From: a virus
Length of the DNA: 64,000 nt
IMG/VR virus record: IMGVR_UViG_3300034683_000041
Coordinates: 32,001-96,000 of that record
Strand: one strand, 5' to 3'
Numbering within the stretch: the first letter of the stretch is position 1; every line of letters begins with the position of its first letter. Both the position numbers and the translations under genes were made by a program. Under the pieces are notes generated by a model. It searched no databases, had not been told where the DNA came from, and saw only the letters and a list, made by a program, of their open reading frames with translations. Below, one piece after another: positions 18,557-28,158 of the stretch.

Positions 18557-19616
18557 ATCGACATATAACTTATTCTTAGATCCTCTTTGCGATCAAGGTG
18601 GAGATTTTGAATTTCGTTTGGATGTGTTTTTGACTGATGCTGAACACACTACGAAACTGAACGAAAGGTTAACTATCGAAGAAGATAAAAGCAATCATCT
18701 GAAAGTGCTCATGGCGCTTGTTTCTTCAGGTGAGATAGATCCTACTGACACTACCGTTTTTGATGCTCATGGGAAGTTCAATCGCACGGTATTTGGGATG
18801 GAAAACTTAGAAGTTGTAGAGATGATCACAAACTTTATTAAAAAGATCTTCTCTACTATCTATAAGTTTTTATCTAATATACTAAAGACCATCGAACGTC
18901 TCATCAAGTCTATAATCAACGTTGATCGTCACATGAAAGTAGTTGCAGACAAAGCACAAACAGAACTGAAAGAACTACTTAAATCATCTTCACAAACAGA
19001 AGTTGCAACCGCTCAAGAAAAATTCAAGAAAACACTTATCTTACAGATGTGTCCTAAAGCTGAGTTCCTTGGAATGATAAGTGATTTTTCAAATATTTGT
19101 CAGATCTTAAATGATGGAGCCCACAGTACGATAGGTACGTCCATCCAAGAACTTTCGAAGAAACGAAGTGTGTACGATATTCCTTGGAAAACTAATCGGT
19201 TGATAGCACAAGCAGATCGTCTTGGTATCACTATCACGGATACGACAACCAAGTACGCTTCTCCATTTCAAAAATATCCTGAAGCAAGTATGGAATCCTT
19301 ACAGTACAGAAGTTTCAGAGATGTACTTGAGATAGATCAGAAGTATGTTAAAGACCTTTGGGTTGGGTATACTACGTTGCAGAAGATAGTGGGGAAAATA
19401 GATAACCACAAGTCGAGACTGCAGAGAAAAGAAAAGGAACTTATCAAGTATCAGGATATTGACAAAAGTGTTCTGACAGATAACATCAAATTTGTACAAT
19501 CTCAGATCGCGTTATGTATTTCTTTGTTTGGATCTATTAAACAATCCCAAACTACTTTAAGTTATCGTCGTCGTAGACTTCTTGAAACCGCAGTTAAATC
19601 ATTTGCAAAGGTGTAG
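18549..19616 (+). CDS. Internal head protein paralogue
   Basis: GME site followed by FIKKIFSTIYKFLSNILK; SMESLQY motif. Confidence 0.6.
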   Translation: MNESTYNLFLDPLCDQGGDFEFRLDVFLTDAEHTTKLNERLTIEEDKSNHLKVLMALVSSGEIDPTDTTVFDAHGKFNRTVFGMENLEVVEMITNFIKKIFSTIYKFLSNILKTIERLIKSIINVDRHMKVVADKAQTELKELLKSSSQTEVATAQEKFKKTLILQMCPKAEFLGMISDFSNICQILNDGAHSTIGTSIQELSKKRSVYDIPWKTNRLIAQADRLGITITDTTTKYASPFQKYPEASMESLQYRSFRDVLEIDQKYVKDLWVGYTTLQKIVGKIDNHKSRLQRKEKELIKYQDIDKSVLTDNIKFVQSQIALCISLFGSIKQSQTTLSYRRRRLLETAVKSFAKV

Positions 19617-19618
19617 TC

Positions 19619-21187
19619 ATGTTCAAAGCTATAGAAGCCATCAATTTCCAAGTTGGATCTAATTTTCATAGAGAACTTACTAAAGTATTTCAGAAAGCTT
19701 TAGATTACCGAGATTCTATAGATCTTAGTAATCGGGAAGAATCTCAGATATCTAAGATACGAAAACAGAAAATGGATAAATATTGTTTGTCCGTACTTAA
19801 AGAAGATATTACCAAAGCATTTTACTCTACTGTGGGGTTAAAAGTTAAAACCGTTCACTGTATTGGAACTAGAAATGAAAAACACGTAACAGGGATGTTC
19901 GCTGTTGATTTGTCCATGAAAAATACCTGGAACATAATGGACATTATGAATGCTCAATCTGGCAATGCACGAGGAAATGAATATCCTTCTGCAGCACTCA
20001 GAGAGCTTAGAGATATGTACAAAAATCTGGATCTCAACACCAGTAAACTGTCATCTACTAAAGTTCCGGGAAGTAAAGACATCGAGATCTTTGTGGATCT
20101 CTTCATCGATGTCAATGCTGCATTCTTGTTACACGATTATCTTCCAGTACACGTTGCAAAACCATTTACTGCAGAAGAACTTTCAGCTATCTATATCCAT
20201 GAATGTGGACACATGTTGTCTCTGATAGAAAGAAGTCAGCACATGCATTATACTGCACTTCAAGTCAGAAAACATTTGCACATGAATCCTGAGTTACTTA
20301 AAGACAAACAAGAACTTAAAGATTGTCTGGCTGTAAGTTCTGAAATAGTTACTATTGCACACGACCACGGTACGATAGATAAGAACATGAAAGACAAGTT
20401 AATCAAAGCTCACGATAGTTTAACTTATCTTTTAGATCAGGAGAAGGGCGGAGTCTTTGGTGCTACTTTGGAATTGCTTTTACGTACCATAGCAACTGGA
20501 ATAATCTTTGTACTTTGGATAGTGTATTGTCTTCCTTCTATGACTGTGTTCTTTGCAGTCTTTGGAGGAGTGACCAATGAGTTTGGTCCTACAGACTCAA
20601 ACAAAACTTCCGATCTTCCTATAGACTCTCGAAGAATATTCCAGATCGAACGTGCTGCAGATGAGTTTGCTTCCAGACATGGAGCAGGAGGAGCATTAGC
20701 TACTGCTCTTAGTAAACTGGACAACATAATAAGCGCTTCTTACATGGGTTCTGTAAATTCGGTAAAACTCAGACGTTCTAAGCTATACGCCAAATGGGTT
20801 ATCATATTAGGGAAGTATTTCTCTTTCGATGTATGGAATGGTATCTATACCTTCGGATATGAAAATCATTTAGCTCGTTTAATCCGACTTGGACAAAATC
20901 AAAGAGCCATCTTTAAAGAAAATCTGGCTTCTCCTGTACTTGTAGAGTATCTTAATGATTACGATCTTATTCTTAGTCAGATAAACCAAGCCACATCTAC
21001 TGGCGTTGCAAAGTACGGTCATATCCTTAACAACTTCCTTATGGAATACGCCAATCCGATCACTCTCCTCTCTGCTATAACTACTGGACGAGTAGTCAAA
21101 GATCAGACTAAGTTGAATAATGCTATCGATGAGCTCATAAATAACAAACTGTATGTGACCAGTGCAAGATTTAAATCTCTGGGATAG
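19619..21187 (+). CDS. Zinc metallopeptidase (M48/HtpX-like) with membrane segment, virion-associated
   Basis: EELSAIYIHECGH (HExxH), long hydrophobic stretch, ERAADEFA third-ligand motif, LATALSKL, N-terminal AIE. Confidence 0.75.
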   Translation: MFKAIEAINFQVGSNFHRELTKVFQKALDYRDSIDLSNREESQISKIRKQKMDKYCLSVLKEDITKAFYSTVGLKVKTVHCIGTRNEKHVTGMFAVDLSMKNTWNIMDIMNAQSGNARGNEYPSAALRELRDMYKNLDLNTSKLSSTKVPGSKDIEIFVDLFIDVNAAFLLHDYLPVHVAKPFTAEELSAIYIHECGHMLSLIERSQHMHYTALQVRKHLHMNPELLKDKQELKDCLAVSSEIVTIAHDHGTIDKNMKDKLIKAHDSLTYLLDQEKGGVFGATLELLLRTIATGIIFVLWIVYCLPSMTVFFAVFGGVTNEFGPTDSNKTSDLPIDSRRIFQIERAADEFASRHGAGGALATALSKLDNIISASYMGSVNSVKLRRSKLYAKWVIILGKYFSFDVWNGIYTFGYENHLARLIRLGQNQRAIFKENLASPVLVEYLNDYDLILSQINQATSTGVAKYGHILNNFLMEYANPITLLSAITTGRVVKDQTKLNNAIDELINNKLYVTSARFKSLG

Positions 21188-21249
21188 TGTAACATTAAGG
21201 ATGGTAGATGAAAAACTCTACCATCCTTCTGTGAATTGGGAGAATCACA

Positions 21250-21993
21250 ATGTTTTCATCTATAGAAAAATTACAAAGGAACTTTCAAGGTGAGGTAGAA
21301 ACAAAAGGAGGAGCGACTAAGTTTTTCTATCATCTATCTCCCGTACCAGGGATCAAAAAACTGAGACCTTCTACTTCGAAATATTCGGAAAAAGAAGGAA
21401 ATAAAAGTACAAATAGAATATGTTTTGCAGATACCATGCACGGTTGTGTCCAAGCTTTATTTCTTCCAGGATGGACTAGAAATTTTGTATGGGATAAAAC
21501 CGATCACATGCTGCATCTTACAAAAGCTATGGTTGGTAAGAAAGAATATGAATTTTCGGTATATCGTGTAAATGCGCTAGACTTTGATTTAGAGTATATT
21601 TCTAATCATGAATCAGATAAAGACTCAAGTGTAAATGTATTCGATATGCATCTTACTGGAGAACTAGGATACCGGAAAACTATAGCCTGTGAAGACATGG
21701 GAACTATAAGGATCAAGATGCTCTCAAAAACAGAACATCTTGCAAAACCATATCCGTGGATATTTTACTGGCTACATATCGGACAACTTAATCAATATCC
21801 GACTCCATTAGAAGATTTTAAATTATCCACAAAACCTAACTCCAGTAGGATCCTTCAGAAGGATATAGAATTAGACCTAGCACGATTTAGAAAACGCGTC
21901 TCTGCCGCTATTCCGTACTACGAAAAAGAAACTGTTCGTGTTATGAACGAAATTGTCACTTACTACAAAACTGGACAATATAATCCAAAATAA
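21250..21993 (+). CDS. Putative ADP-ribosyltransferase-fold protein
   Basis: FFYHLS...LRPS...RICFADT...GCVQA...later TGE resembles the Arr/ART-like H-x-S strand, aromatic strand and acidic strand. N-terminal SIE. Confidence 0.4.
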   Translation: MFSSIEKLQRNFQGEVETKGGATKFFYHLSPVPGIKKLRPSTSKYSEKEGNKSTNRICFADTMHGCVQALFLPGWTRNFVWDKTDHMLHLTKAMVGKKEYEFSVYRVNALDFDLEYISNHESDKDSSVNVFDMHLTGELGYRKTIACEDMGTIRIKMLSKTEHLAKPYPWIFYWLHIGQLNQYPTPLEDFKLSTKPNSSRILQKDIELDLARFRKRVSAAIPYYEKETVRVMNEIVTYYKTGQYNPK

Positions 21994-22042
21994 CATAAGA
22001 GACCTTGTAAGGTCTCTTATGTCGTTCAAATTAAATGGTAAC

Positions 22043-22050
22043 TATATTAC
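22043..22050 (+). promoter_or_regulatory. Early promoter core TATATTAC
   Basis: Exact motif just after the hairpin at 21993-22022. Confidence 0.65.
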
Positions 22051-22233
22051 TAACACAGACACATCTAAAGTAATCTTAATTCTACATTAAAGGAGAACCC
22101 CTATGCGAAATCCCTGGATCATCATTTTCTGGTAGTTCTTAAAAAAGAATAGATCACTAGTACAGCGAGTACTCTAGTACAACGGATACACTAAGCGTAC
22201 ACGAAGTTATGAACCTTTCATGGAGGACAGATC

Positions 22234-22608
22234 ATGTATCTATCTGAATTCGTATATCCGTGCATCACCTACGTATTGCGGCGGAAAAATATAGTACAAC
22301 CCCCCGAGAACCTTATGACCGGGGAAGGTTGGCATATACTGAAGTTTGATCTGGAGCATGTGGAAGTTGGAGATATTGTTTGCTGGAACAGTACTCCACG
22401 CACGTTTGATGCGACTTTGGAGATCGTTAACGGGATACCTATATCTCGAAGAACCACTTATGACCGGCACTTTGGAGTATACGAAGGAGACAAACTGATC
22501 AGCGATCTAACCACAAATAACAACGAAATTGTTCCAAGAATCCGGATACGCTCACTAGACAGTGCTCGACATCCCGATTACATATATCGCCAAGTACTGT
22601 CAGACTAA
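22234..22608 (+). CDS. NlpC/P60 (papain-like) family protein
   Basis: PCITYV ... GDIVCW ... HFGVYEG gives the Cys/His dyad pattern; GGAGG RBS. Confidence 0.55.
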   Translation: MYLSEFVYPCITYVLRRKNIVQPPENLMTGEGWHILKFDLEHVEVGDIVCWNSTPRTFDATLEIVNGIPISRRTTYDRHFGVYEGDKLISDLTTNNNEIVPRIRIRSLDSARHPDYIYRQVLSD

Positions 22609-22637
22609 ATCCATCCGCAAATCAAAGGAGAATCGAC

Positions 22638-22958
22638 ATGCAGATAGTCACTATTGATACAGTCAAAACAGACACGCCTCAACATATGAAAACCGTACAA
22701 AGCAACACAACGTACGACTGCTTCTTTCTAAGAGGCAAAACCGGCAATATATATGCGACGATTGATTTCGTCAATTTCATGATCGTCTTCGATCATAAAA
22801 AAGATTACACTAAATTGGACAGATTTCAGCAACTGTGCGTCCAGTGCCTCATGCATGATACCCCACTCCCCAGCGATATAGGAGATCCCTATGCTTCGAC
22901 AATTTCAGATTTATCTTATCGGGATTCTCATCCTAGGATCTCCGATATCCGCGCATAG
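22638..22958 (+). CDS. Hypothetical early protein
   Basis: AAGGAG RBS. Confidence 0.6.
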   Translation: MQIVTIDTVKTDTPQHMKTVQSNTTYDCFFLRGKTGNIYATIDFVNFMIVFDHKKDYTKLDRFQQLCVQCLMHDTPLPSDIGDPYASTISDLSYRDSHPRISDIRA

Positions 22959-23274
22959 CACATACGAAGCTAACAATCTGCCAGAATTTAGTTTAGCTTT
23001 GTTAGTTTACGAGGATGGCTCAGGTGCACTCCATGTCCAATTCGACAAAGCTGTCAAAGAACGCAACATGGAGATCTTCCTACAAACATACAGATCCGGG
23101 TATACGTTTGACGTAAGCTATTGGATCGCAGCAAATGAAGCCCTATGTGACCTTGATGCAGAAATAACCCAATTGCTTATGAACGACATCGAATCCTACC
23201 GAAGTTCAATTGTTGTTAGACTTCGGAAAAAAGGGACTGGGGTCACGGTCTGGGCAAAAGAAACCAGTATCTAA
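22891..23274 (+). CDS. Hypothetical exported protein
   Basis: AGGAG RBS; signal-peptide-like MLRQFQIYLIGILILGSPISA. Confidence 0.6.
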   Translation: MLRQFQIYLIGILILGSPISAHSTYEANNLPEFSLALLVYEDGSGALHVQFDKAVKERNMEIFLQTYRSGYTFDVSYWIAANEALCDLDAEITQLLMNDIESYRSSIVVRLRKKGTGVTVWAKETSI

Positions 23275-23276
23275 TC

Positions 23277-23312
23277 ATAAGAGTGGTCCCCGTAAGGGTG
23301 ACCACTCTTATA
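23277..23312. terminator. Bidirectional terminator
   Basis: ataagagtggtc/gaccactcttat stem between convergent genes, followed by a T-run. Confidence 0.7.
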
Positions 23313-23317
23313 TTTTT

Positions 23318-23722
23318 TTATTTCTTTATTTCAGATACACGATATCCCTGAGATTTTAAAAAACTCAAGATATCAGATACTGCACTTTTGTCTGTACCAT
23401 GGAATCGGATATCGATATAGTCGATGTAAGGTACAAGTTCTACACTGGAAGGAATTATCCAGTCTTTGGCAAATACCTTGGTACTACTGAGTGATCCTTG
23501 TTTGACAACTACTACTAAGAACTGAAGCTCTCGAATGGATGGTAACGAACCAGTACTTTTCTCAACTTCTTTGTGGTAAGGAACCAGATCTCTCGAGTAT
23601 ACCAGTGCACCATCGTAAGTGACAATGCCTGACACTTCCCCAGTATATACATTACTATCTAACCCGTTGTGGGTTTGAAACTTGATACGCTGACCTACTT
23701 GAATATCGTTGATAGCTATCAT
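23318..23722 (-). CDS. Small beta-barrel (SH3-like) jumbo-phage protein
   Basis: DIQVGQRIKF...YTGEVSGIV, beta-rich; AAGG RBS. Confidence 0.45.
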   Translation of the reverse strand: MIAINDIQVGQRIKFQTHNGLDSNVYTGEVSGIVTYDGALVYSRDLVPYHKEVEKSTGSLPSIRELQFLVVVVKQGSLSSTKVFAKDWIIPSSVELVPYIDYIDIRFHGTDKSAVSDILSFLKSQGYRVSEIKK

Positions 23723-23736
23723 AGCAGTTCCTTATT

Positions 23737-25659
23737 CTAGATGTTAGCAGCATTTGGTATGATGCACATCCTCAAAGTTCCAATAGGAACACACACCTCA
23801 CGCAATCTTCTACAAAGCTCCGTTGTCATGTGTGCAGTCTGTGATGGAGGTCCAGATATCCGATCAGGAGTTATGTGCCGGATACATTCTTCAAGTTGTG
23901 TTTTGTCTTGAGGATTGTTGATCTTCCTAAGATCCAGTACGTCAAAATACATAGTTTTATCGTATACTTGTTCGTATGTGAGATGTGAGTCTAATGCAAG
24001 CATCCATTTGTCAGGAAGTTCCGAACTAGACAGATCTCCTCGAAGTACCGACAAAAACGTTTCCTTAAAAGACTTTGATAAAATATCAAGTATAGTTTTT
24101 TGAAGGTCATGTTCTCCATAGAACGTCTCTTCAGCATCGCAAGTATACGTGTCTACAAGATTCTTGGTAATCCAATACATCTTGTACATCGCATTTACAA
24201 CAATACCTGCATCGATCGCTTGTATAGCGGAACCTATGCAGTCTTCAGCAAGAGCTTTGCCAGCTATCACGTCATGTGAAGTTCCACCAATATCAAGATA
24301 CATTTTATTCACATACAGAAGATCACTAAGTCCGGTTTCTAATTCGGTGATCTCGGCAATGTTGGCGGTATGCTCGTTACGACACAACTCTAAGATCTCA
24401 TCTATCTTTTGATATGAAGCTTTGAACTGTGGATATTTATCCATGTTCTTTAATGCAGGATGAGAGTTATCCCCTTCAACAACGTCTGGGATGATGTTAG
24501 AGATACGGATGTCTGTTCTATCCACATGCACGGATGCACCTTCAATTATGCATTCTCTGATATCGGGAAGCATGTCGTCATATCCGAACGACTTAACGTT
24601 GGCTTTTCCGTTGATACTGAGAGCTTTCCAAGGAAGACCGTATCGAGTAGACTCTGTAGGATATACCCCAACGATCACAACGGCTTTAGTCAGTTCCATC
24701 CATTTCCGGAAAAATTCGCGTACTGTAACTCCTATACCTTGACTTGTTGCAGGAACCATCACCACATGAGGTTTGATAGTATCTTCCGTTCCTATCTCGG
24801 TAAAGTATTCGATGATCTTGGTAGTTTCGTCAGAAACGTCCATGATGTTTTTCGGAAGAACAAGAAGATTAACATCATCAGCTTCATATACTCTACCGCC
24901 TTCTCGATTCAGATGATGAATACTACAAGAATCTATAGCAATATTCCTGAACCGATATTCGCAATTTTCAACTCCAACAGAAAACGTTTTTTCTGTTTCG
25001 ACATTTCTGGTGCGATAGTCGATACTGGAAGAAGATCCAGCTAAAGGCATGTTCAAGAATATTTCTTCTATAGCTTTAGCAAGTTCAATATTTCCACCAG
25101 AGGCAGTCAGAGACTGGATATATGCCATCTTACCTATTGCTTGCTGTCGACTGATGTCAAAACGTTTTTCAAGATCTTCGACTTTGAGTACGATATCCTT
25201 TGAAGAATTTAAGACTTGGTCAAACATCTTCGCAAAAGCCAAGTTCATTTCGTATATGGAATAATTTTCAAATTTATCAGACGCTTCCAGCATGTTCCGT
25301 ATGAAATTACAAGCCATGAGCATGGAAGTGGTCGTACCATCTTTACAAGACTGATCAACTCGACGTCCAATATAAGCTATCGCACTTTTGAGGTGTTCCT
25401 GTGCAGGGTTAATGCACTCTATAGCTCCAAGGACTTTAGATCCATCTCGGATAAATGCCCGTATCTGCAAAGTAGGATCGGCACTATTACCAGACATACT
25501 TGCAGAATAGATCAGAGTATTTCTAGCAAACGGACCACATATGGTGGTAAGGTGCTGAGTAAAACTCTCAAGGGTCTGGGTAAGAATGTGTTTAAGGTCT
25601 TCACCCTGTATGGTGTTCGTAACGTTTTGAAAAGATTTTAACTTCAAAGGTTCAGCCAT
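23737..25659 (-). CDS. Phage GroEL-like chaperonin
   Basis: TICGPFARNTLI (GP motif), IRDGSKVL, KDGTTTSMLMA (P-loop) and AEDCIGSAIQAIDAGIV (D398 region). Confidence 0.85.
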   Translation of the reverse strand: MAEPLKLKSFQNVTNTIQGEDLKHILTQTLESFTQHLTTICGPFARNTLIYSASMSGNSADPTLQIRAFIRDGSKVLGAIECINPAQEHLKSAIAYIGRRVDQSCKDGTTTSMLMACNFIRNMLEASDKFENYSIYEMNLAFAKMFDQVLNSSKDIVLKVEDLEKRFDISRQQAIGKMAYIQSLTASGGNIELAKAIEEIFLNMPLAGSSSSIDYRTRNVETEKTFSVGVENCEYRFRNIAIDSCSIHHLNREGGRVYEADDVNLLVLPKNIMDVSDETTKIIEYFTEIGTEDTIKPHVVMVPATSQGIGVTVREFFRKWMELTKAVVIVGVYPTESTRYGLPWKALSINGKANVKSFGYDDMLPDIRECIIEGASVHVDRTDIRISNIIPDVVEGDNSHPALKNMDKYPQFKASYQKIDEILELCRNEHTANIAEITELETGLSDLLYVNKMYLDIGGTSHDVIAGKALAEDCIGSAIQAIDAGIVVNAMYKMYWITKNLVDTYTCDAEETFYGEHDLQKTILDILSKSFKETFLSVLRGDLSSSELPDKWMLALDSHLTYEQVYDKTMYFDVLDLRKINNPQDKTQLEECIRHITPDRISGPPSQTAHMTTELCRRLREVCVPIGTLRMCIIPNAANI

Positions 25660-25675
25660 GTGTATCTCCTATATT

Positions 25676-25975
25676 TTAATCCGACAAGTCATGGATAAGG
25701 TCATTTTCAATCTTAGAATTTGCAGCACTACGCTTTTCCATGGTCTGTATGATTTTATTATAAGTCACAGTATCCAAATTTAAGAGATCTGTCAAACGCA
25801 GTCCCAGTGTACGATAGATCGGATATCTATCCATATCTACAAGAACATTTTCAAGCATCACTGAAGAAGGGGGATCTGACAATTCAGTAACCATGAATCC
25901 AGTGATCCCCCCTTTACGTCTAACAGATTTTCCTATCCGTCCCGCAAGATAAGCTTCGTTAAAGCTAGTGGTCAT
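25676..25975 (-). CDS. Small protein, tail/baseplate assembly-associated
   Basis: Directly follows the T4 gp26-like gene; LGLRLTDLLNLD pattern. Confidence 0.4.
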   Translation of the reverse strand: MTTSFNEAYLAGRIGKSVRRKGGITGFMVTELSDPPSSVMLENVLVDMDRYPIYRTLGLRLTDLLNLDTVTYNKIIQTMEKRSAANSKIENDLIHDLSD

Positions 25976-26064
25976 GATCGCCCAGCTTATCCCGTCTTCA
26001 GGAGCAGCCTCAACGATCTTTGACCACTTCGATATATACTCATCTACATGTTCGTCCGTGGTGG

Positions 26065-28158
26065 TTAACGGGACAAATCGTCCACCACTATCATAAAAAA
26101 CACGTAGAGCATATCGAGCGGAAGAAGTCCATTAACAACTTGTTCAGGTTCTCGTCCACATTTGGGACACGCAGAATACAGTGCTGCGAAATGCGAACAC
26201 CGGTTATCGTTGTAGATCTCAAAGAAGTCTTTGGAAAAATCTTCAACTTCAGGACGAGACTGTAACTGATCCAATATCTGTACAAGTGCAGAAGGATCGT
26301 CTACACTAACCTGATTGCCCGTTTTAGGATGTACCATTTTGACACGGCGAATCCAAGGAGCAATTTGCTGGTATTTTCTATAGCTCAGCGCTTCAGAAAC
26401 CGCAGAGATGTCTCGAAGAGAAACAACTTCTGCAAGTCGGGCAACAAAAGCTAACCCAGACTCTATCCACTGTGCAACTGTGGGAGTCTCCATCTCAACA
26501 TATACGGAAGAACCTACATGTACTGTACGTTTTCCTTTCAAAAACTCATTACGGTATTTCTCTAATTCTTCGGCAGTACGAGGAGTATTGCTCAGAATGA
26601 AATTCAGAGCCTCACCGTTAAGTTTTTGGAAATCGATATGTCTAAGTTTTTTAACATCCACTTTTGCAGTATCGACATACCCGCATTCCGGATGATTGTC
26701 AACAAAATCGATTTCTGTACCTTCAGGGTACATAAGACAAGCTACTGCCCAGACACAAGAATCGAAGTCGTGAAATGATACGTTCTTCCAGAAAACTTCT
26801 TCAAGAGAAGTTCCGGCTTCTGCTTTCAGTGTAGTTTTACAAATCAGTTTAAGGAACAGATCTGCAAAATTCTTTTTCAAGGACACAGAAGCAGGAGCGG
26901 AAGCAAGTTCTCCGAAAAGATATCCGTATTCTCGTTCTGCAGCTCGTGCATCAGAGATAAATGCATGAAGTTCTGCTTTAGTCGGAGGACGTAAAGTTAC
27001 AGTCAATCCACTGTTATAGAGTTTCAGACTAAACAAAGGACTGATGTAGGGAAGGAACTGTTGTGCTGCATTAGGACCACTGATAACGTGGTCTTTTTTC
27101 AGATTGATATTTTCCGGACTCAAGATAACATCTGAGAGGATTTTACCATTTTTCAGTTTTGTTCTAGGACGCAGATATTTTGTATCGCACTTTTCCAACG
27201 ATTCTTTTTCTGCTTGTGTTTCTCTACCAGAAGATTGGTAACTACGATAAAGTGTAGACGGAAATGTTTTAGGATCGTTCAATGCCGAGATCTTAAGTAG
27301 CTGTCTTTCTTTAGGCTCATCAGATTCCGGGGTAACACTACCCATCTGACGATTGATATACGTAGGGTGAGTTACAATAGTAGTAGCTTTCGGATTTTCT
27401 GTTATAGCCTCTGTCCAAAACGGTATCAGAAGTTCTTCTTCAGCTGCAATAAGTCGTTGAGCTTCTTCTTCTGTCAAATATTCGTCCTCATCAGAAGACA
27501 TCTCATTAACCGAAGAATTCTCCAGTACTTCATCGGAAACCATGATAGGCTCCAACATATCTTCCAAAGACCTAGAACTATCCAAATCCATTTCTTCATT
27601 TACAGATTCCTGAGGTTCTACTACTTCCTCTTCAGGAGTCAACAGATCTTCAGCTATCTGTTCCACAGGAAACTCATCCAAGTCATCGTACATATCTTCA
27701 ACGAGGGAAGAGTGTTCTTCCGCCGCAACTTCTTTTGGTTCTTCTTCAGTATCTTCTAAAGGAGTACCATCCAATCCAGGGGAATATCCTTGGATCTCTT
27801 CAGAAGTGGTTGCTGTATCTGCCGCAACTGAAGATACTCCTTCAGTATCTACATTAAGTCGAGTATCTTGCGTTTGAGAAACACTCTTGATCTCGTCACT
27901 GAATTTCATGGTAATATTCTCCGTATCTGACTTTACCGTTGGACGGTAGGGTTTATTATTTTCATGATCAGACATATCAATAGGCATAGTCTTCTCCTGA
28001 CGAATGGGTTTTGGTTTTCTTTTTTGTATATCTGAAAGACTCATGGGAGTAGAGCCTTTATGATTTACCGTAATGGGTTTAGGTTGAAATTTTGAAGCAG
28101 GCTTTTGTACTGGAAGTGTTGCTCCAGTTATATCTGTCGTTGGTCGTCTAGTAGGCAT
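26065..28158 (-). CDS. Baseplate hub/tail assembly chaperone-like protein with a long disordered acidic N-terminus
   Basis: AGGAG RBS favours ATG 28158. LYNSGLTVTLRPP, HPECG and CPKCG Zn ligands, and C-terminal LLPLDMLYVFF resemble T4 gp26-like proteins. Confidence 0.55.
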   Translation of the reverse strand: MPTRRPTTDITGATLPVQKPASKFQPKPITVNHKGSTPMSLSDIQKRKPKPIRQEKTMPIDMSDHENNKPYRPTVKSDTENITMKFSDEIKSVSQTQDTRLNVDTEGVSSVAADTATTSEEIQGYSPGLDGTPLEDTEEEPKEVAAEEHSSLVEDMYDDLDEFPVEQIAEDLLTPEEEVVEPQESVNEEMDLDSSRSLEDMLEPIMVSDEVLENSSVNEMSSDEDEYLTEEEAQRLIAAEEELLIPFWTEAITENPKATTIVTHPTYINRQMGSVTPESDEPKERQLLKISALNDPKTFPSTLYRSYQSSGRETQAEKESLEKCDTKYLRPRTKLKNGKILSDVILSPENINLKKDHVISGPNAAQQFLPYISPLFSLKLYNSGLTVTLRPPTKAELHAFISDARAAEREYGYLFGELASAPASVSLKKNFADLFLKLICKTTLKAEAGTSLEEVFWKNVSFHDFDSCVWAVACLMYPEGTEIDFVDNHPECGYVDTAKVDVKKLRHIDFQKLNGEALNFILSNTPRTAEELEKYRNEFLKGKRTVHVGSSVYVEMETPTVAQWIESGLAFVARLAEVVSLRDISAVSEALSYRKYQQIAPWIRRVKMVHPKTGNQVSVDDPSALVQILDQLQSRPEVEDFSKDFFEIYNDNRCSHFAALYSACPKCGREPEQVVNGLLPLDMLYVFFMIVVDDLSR

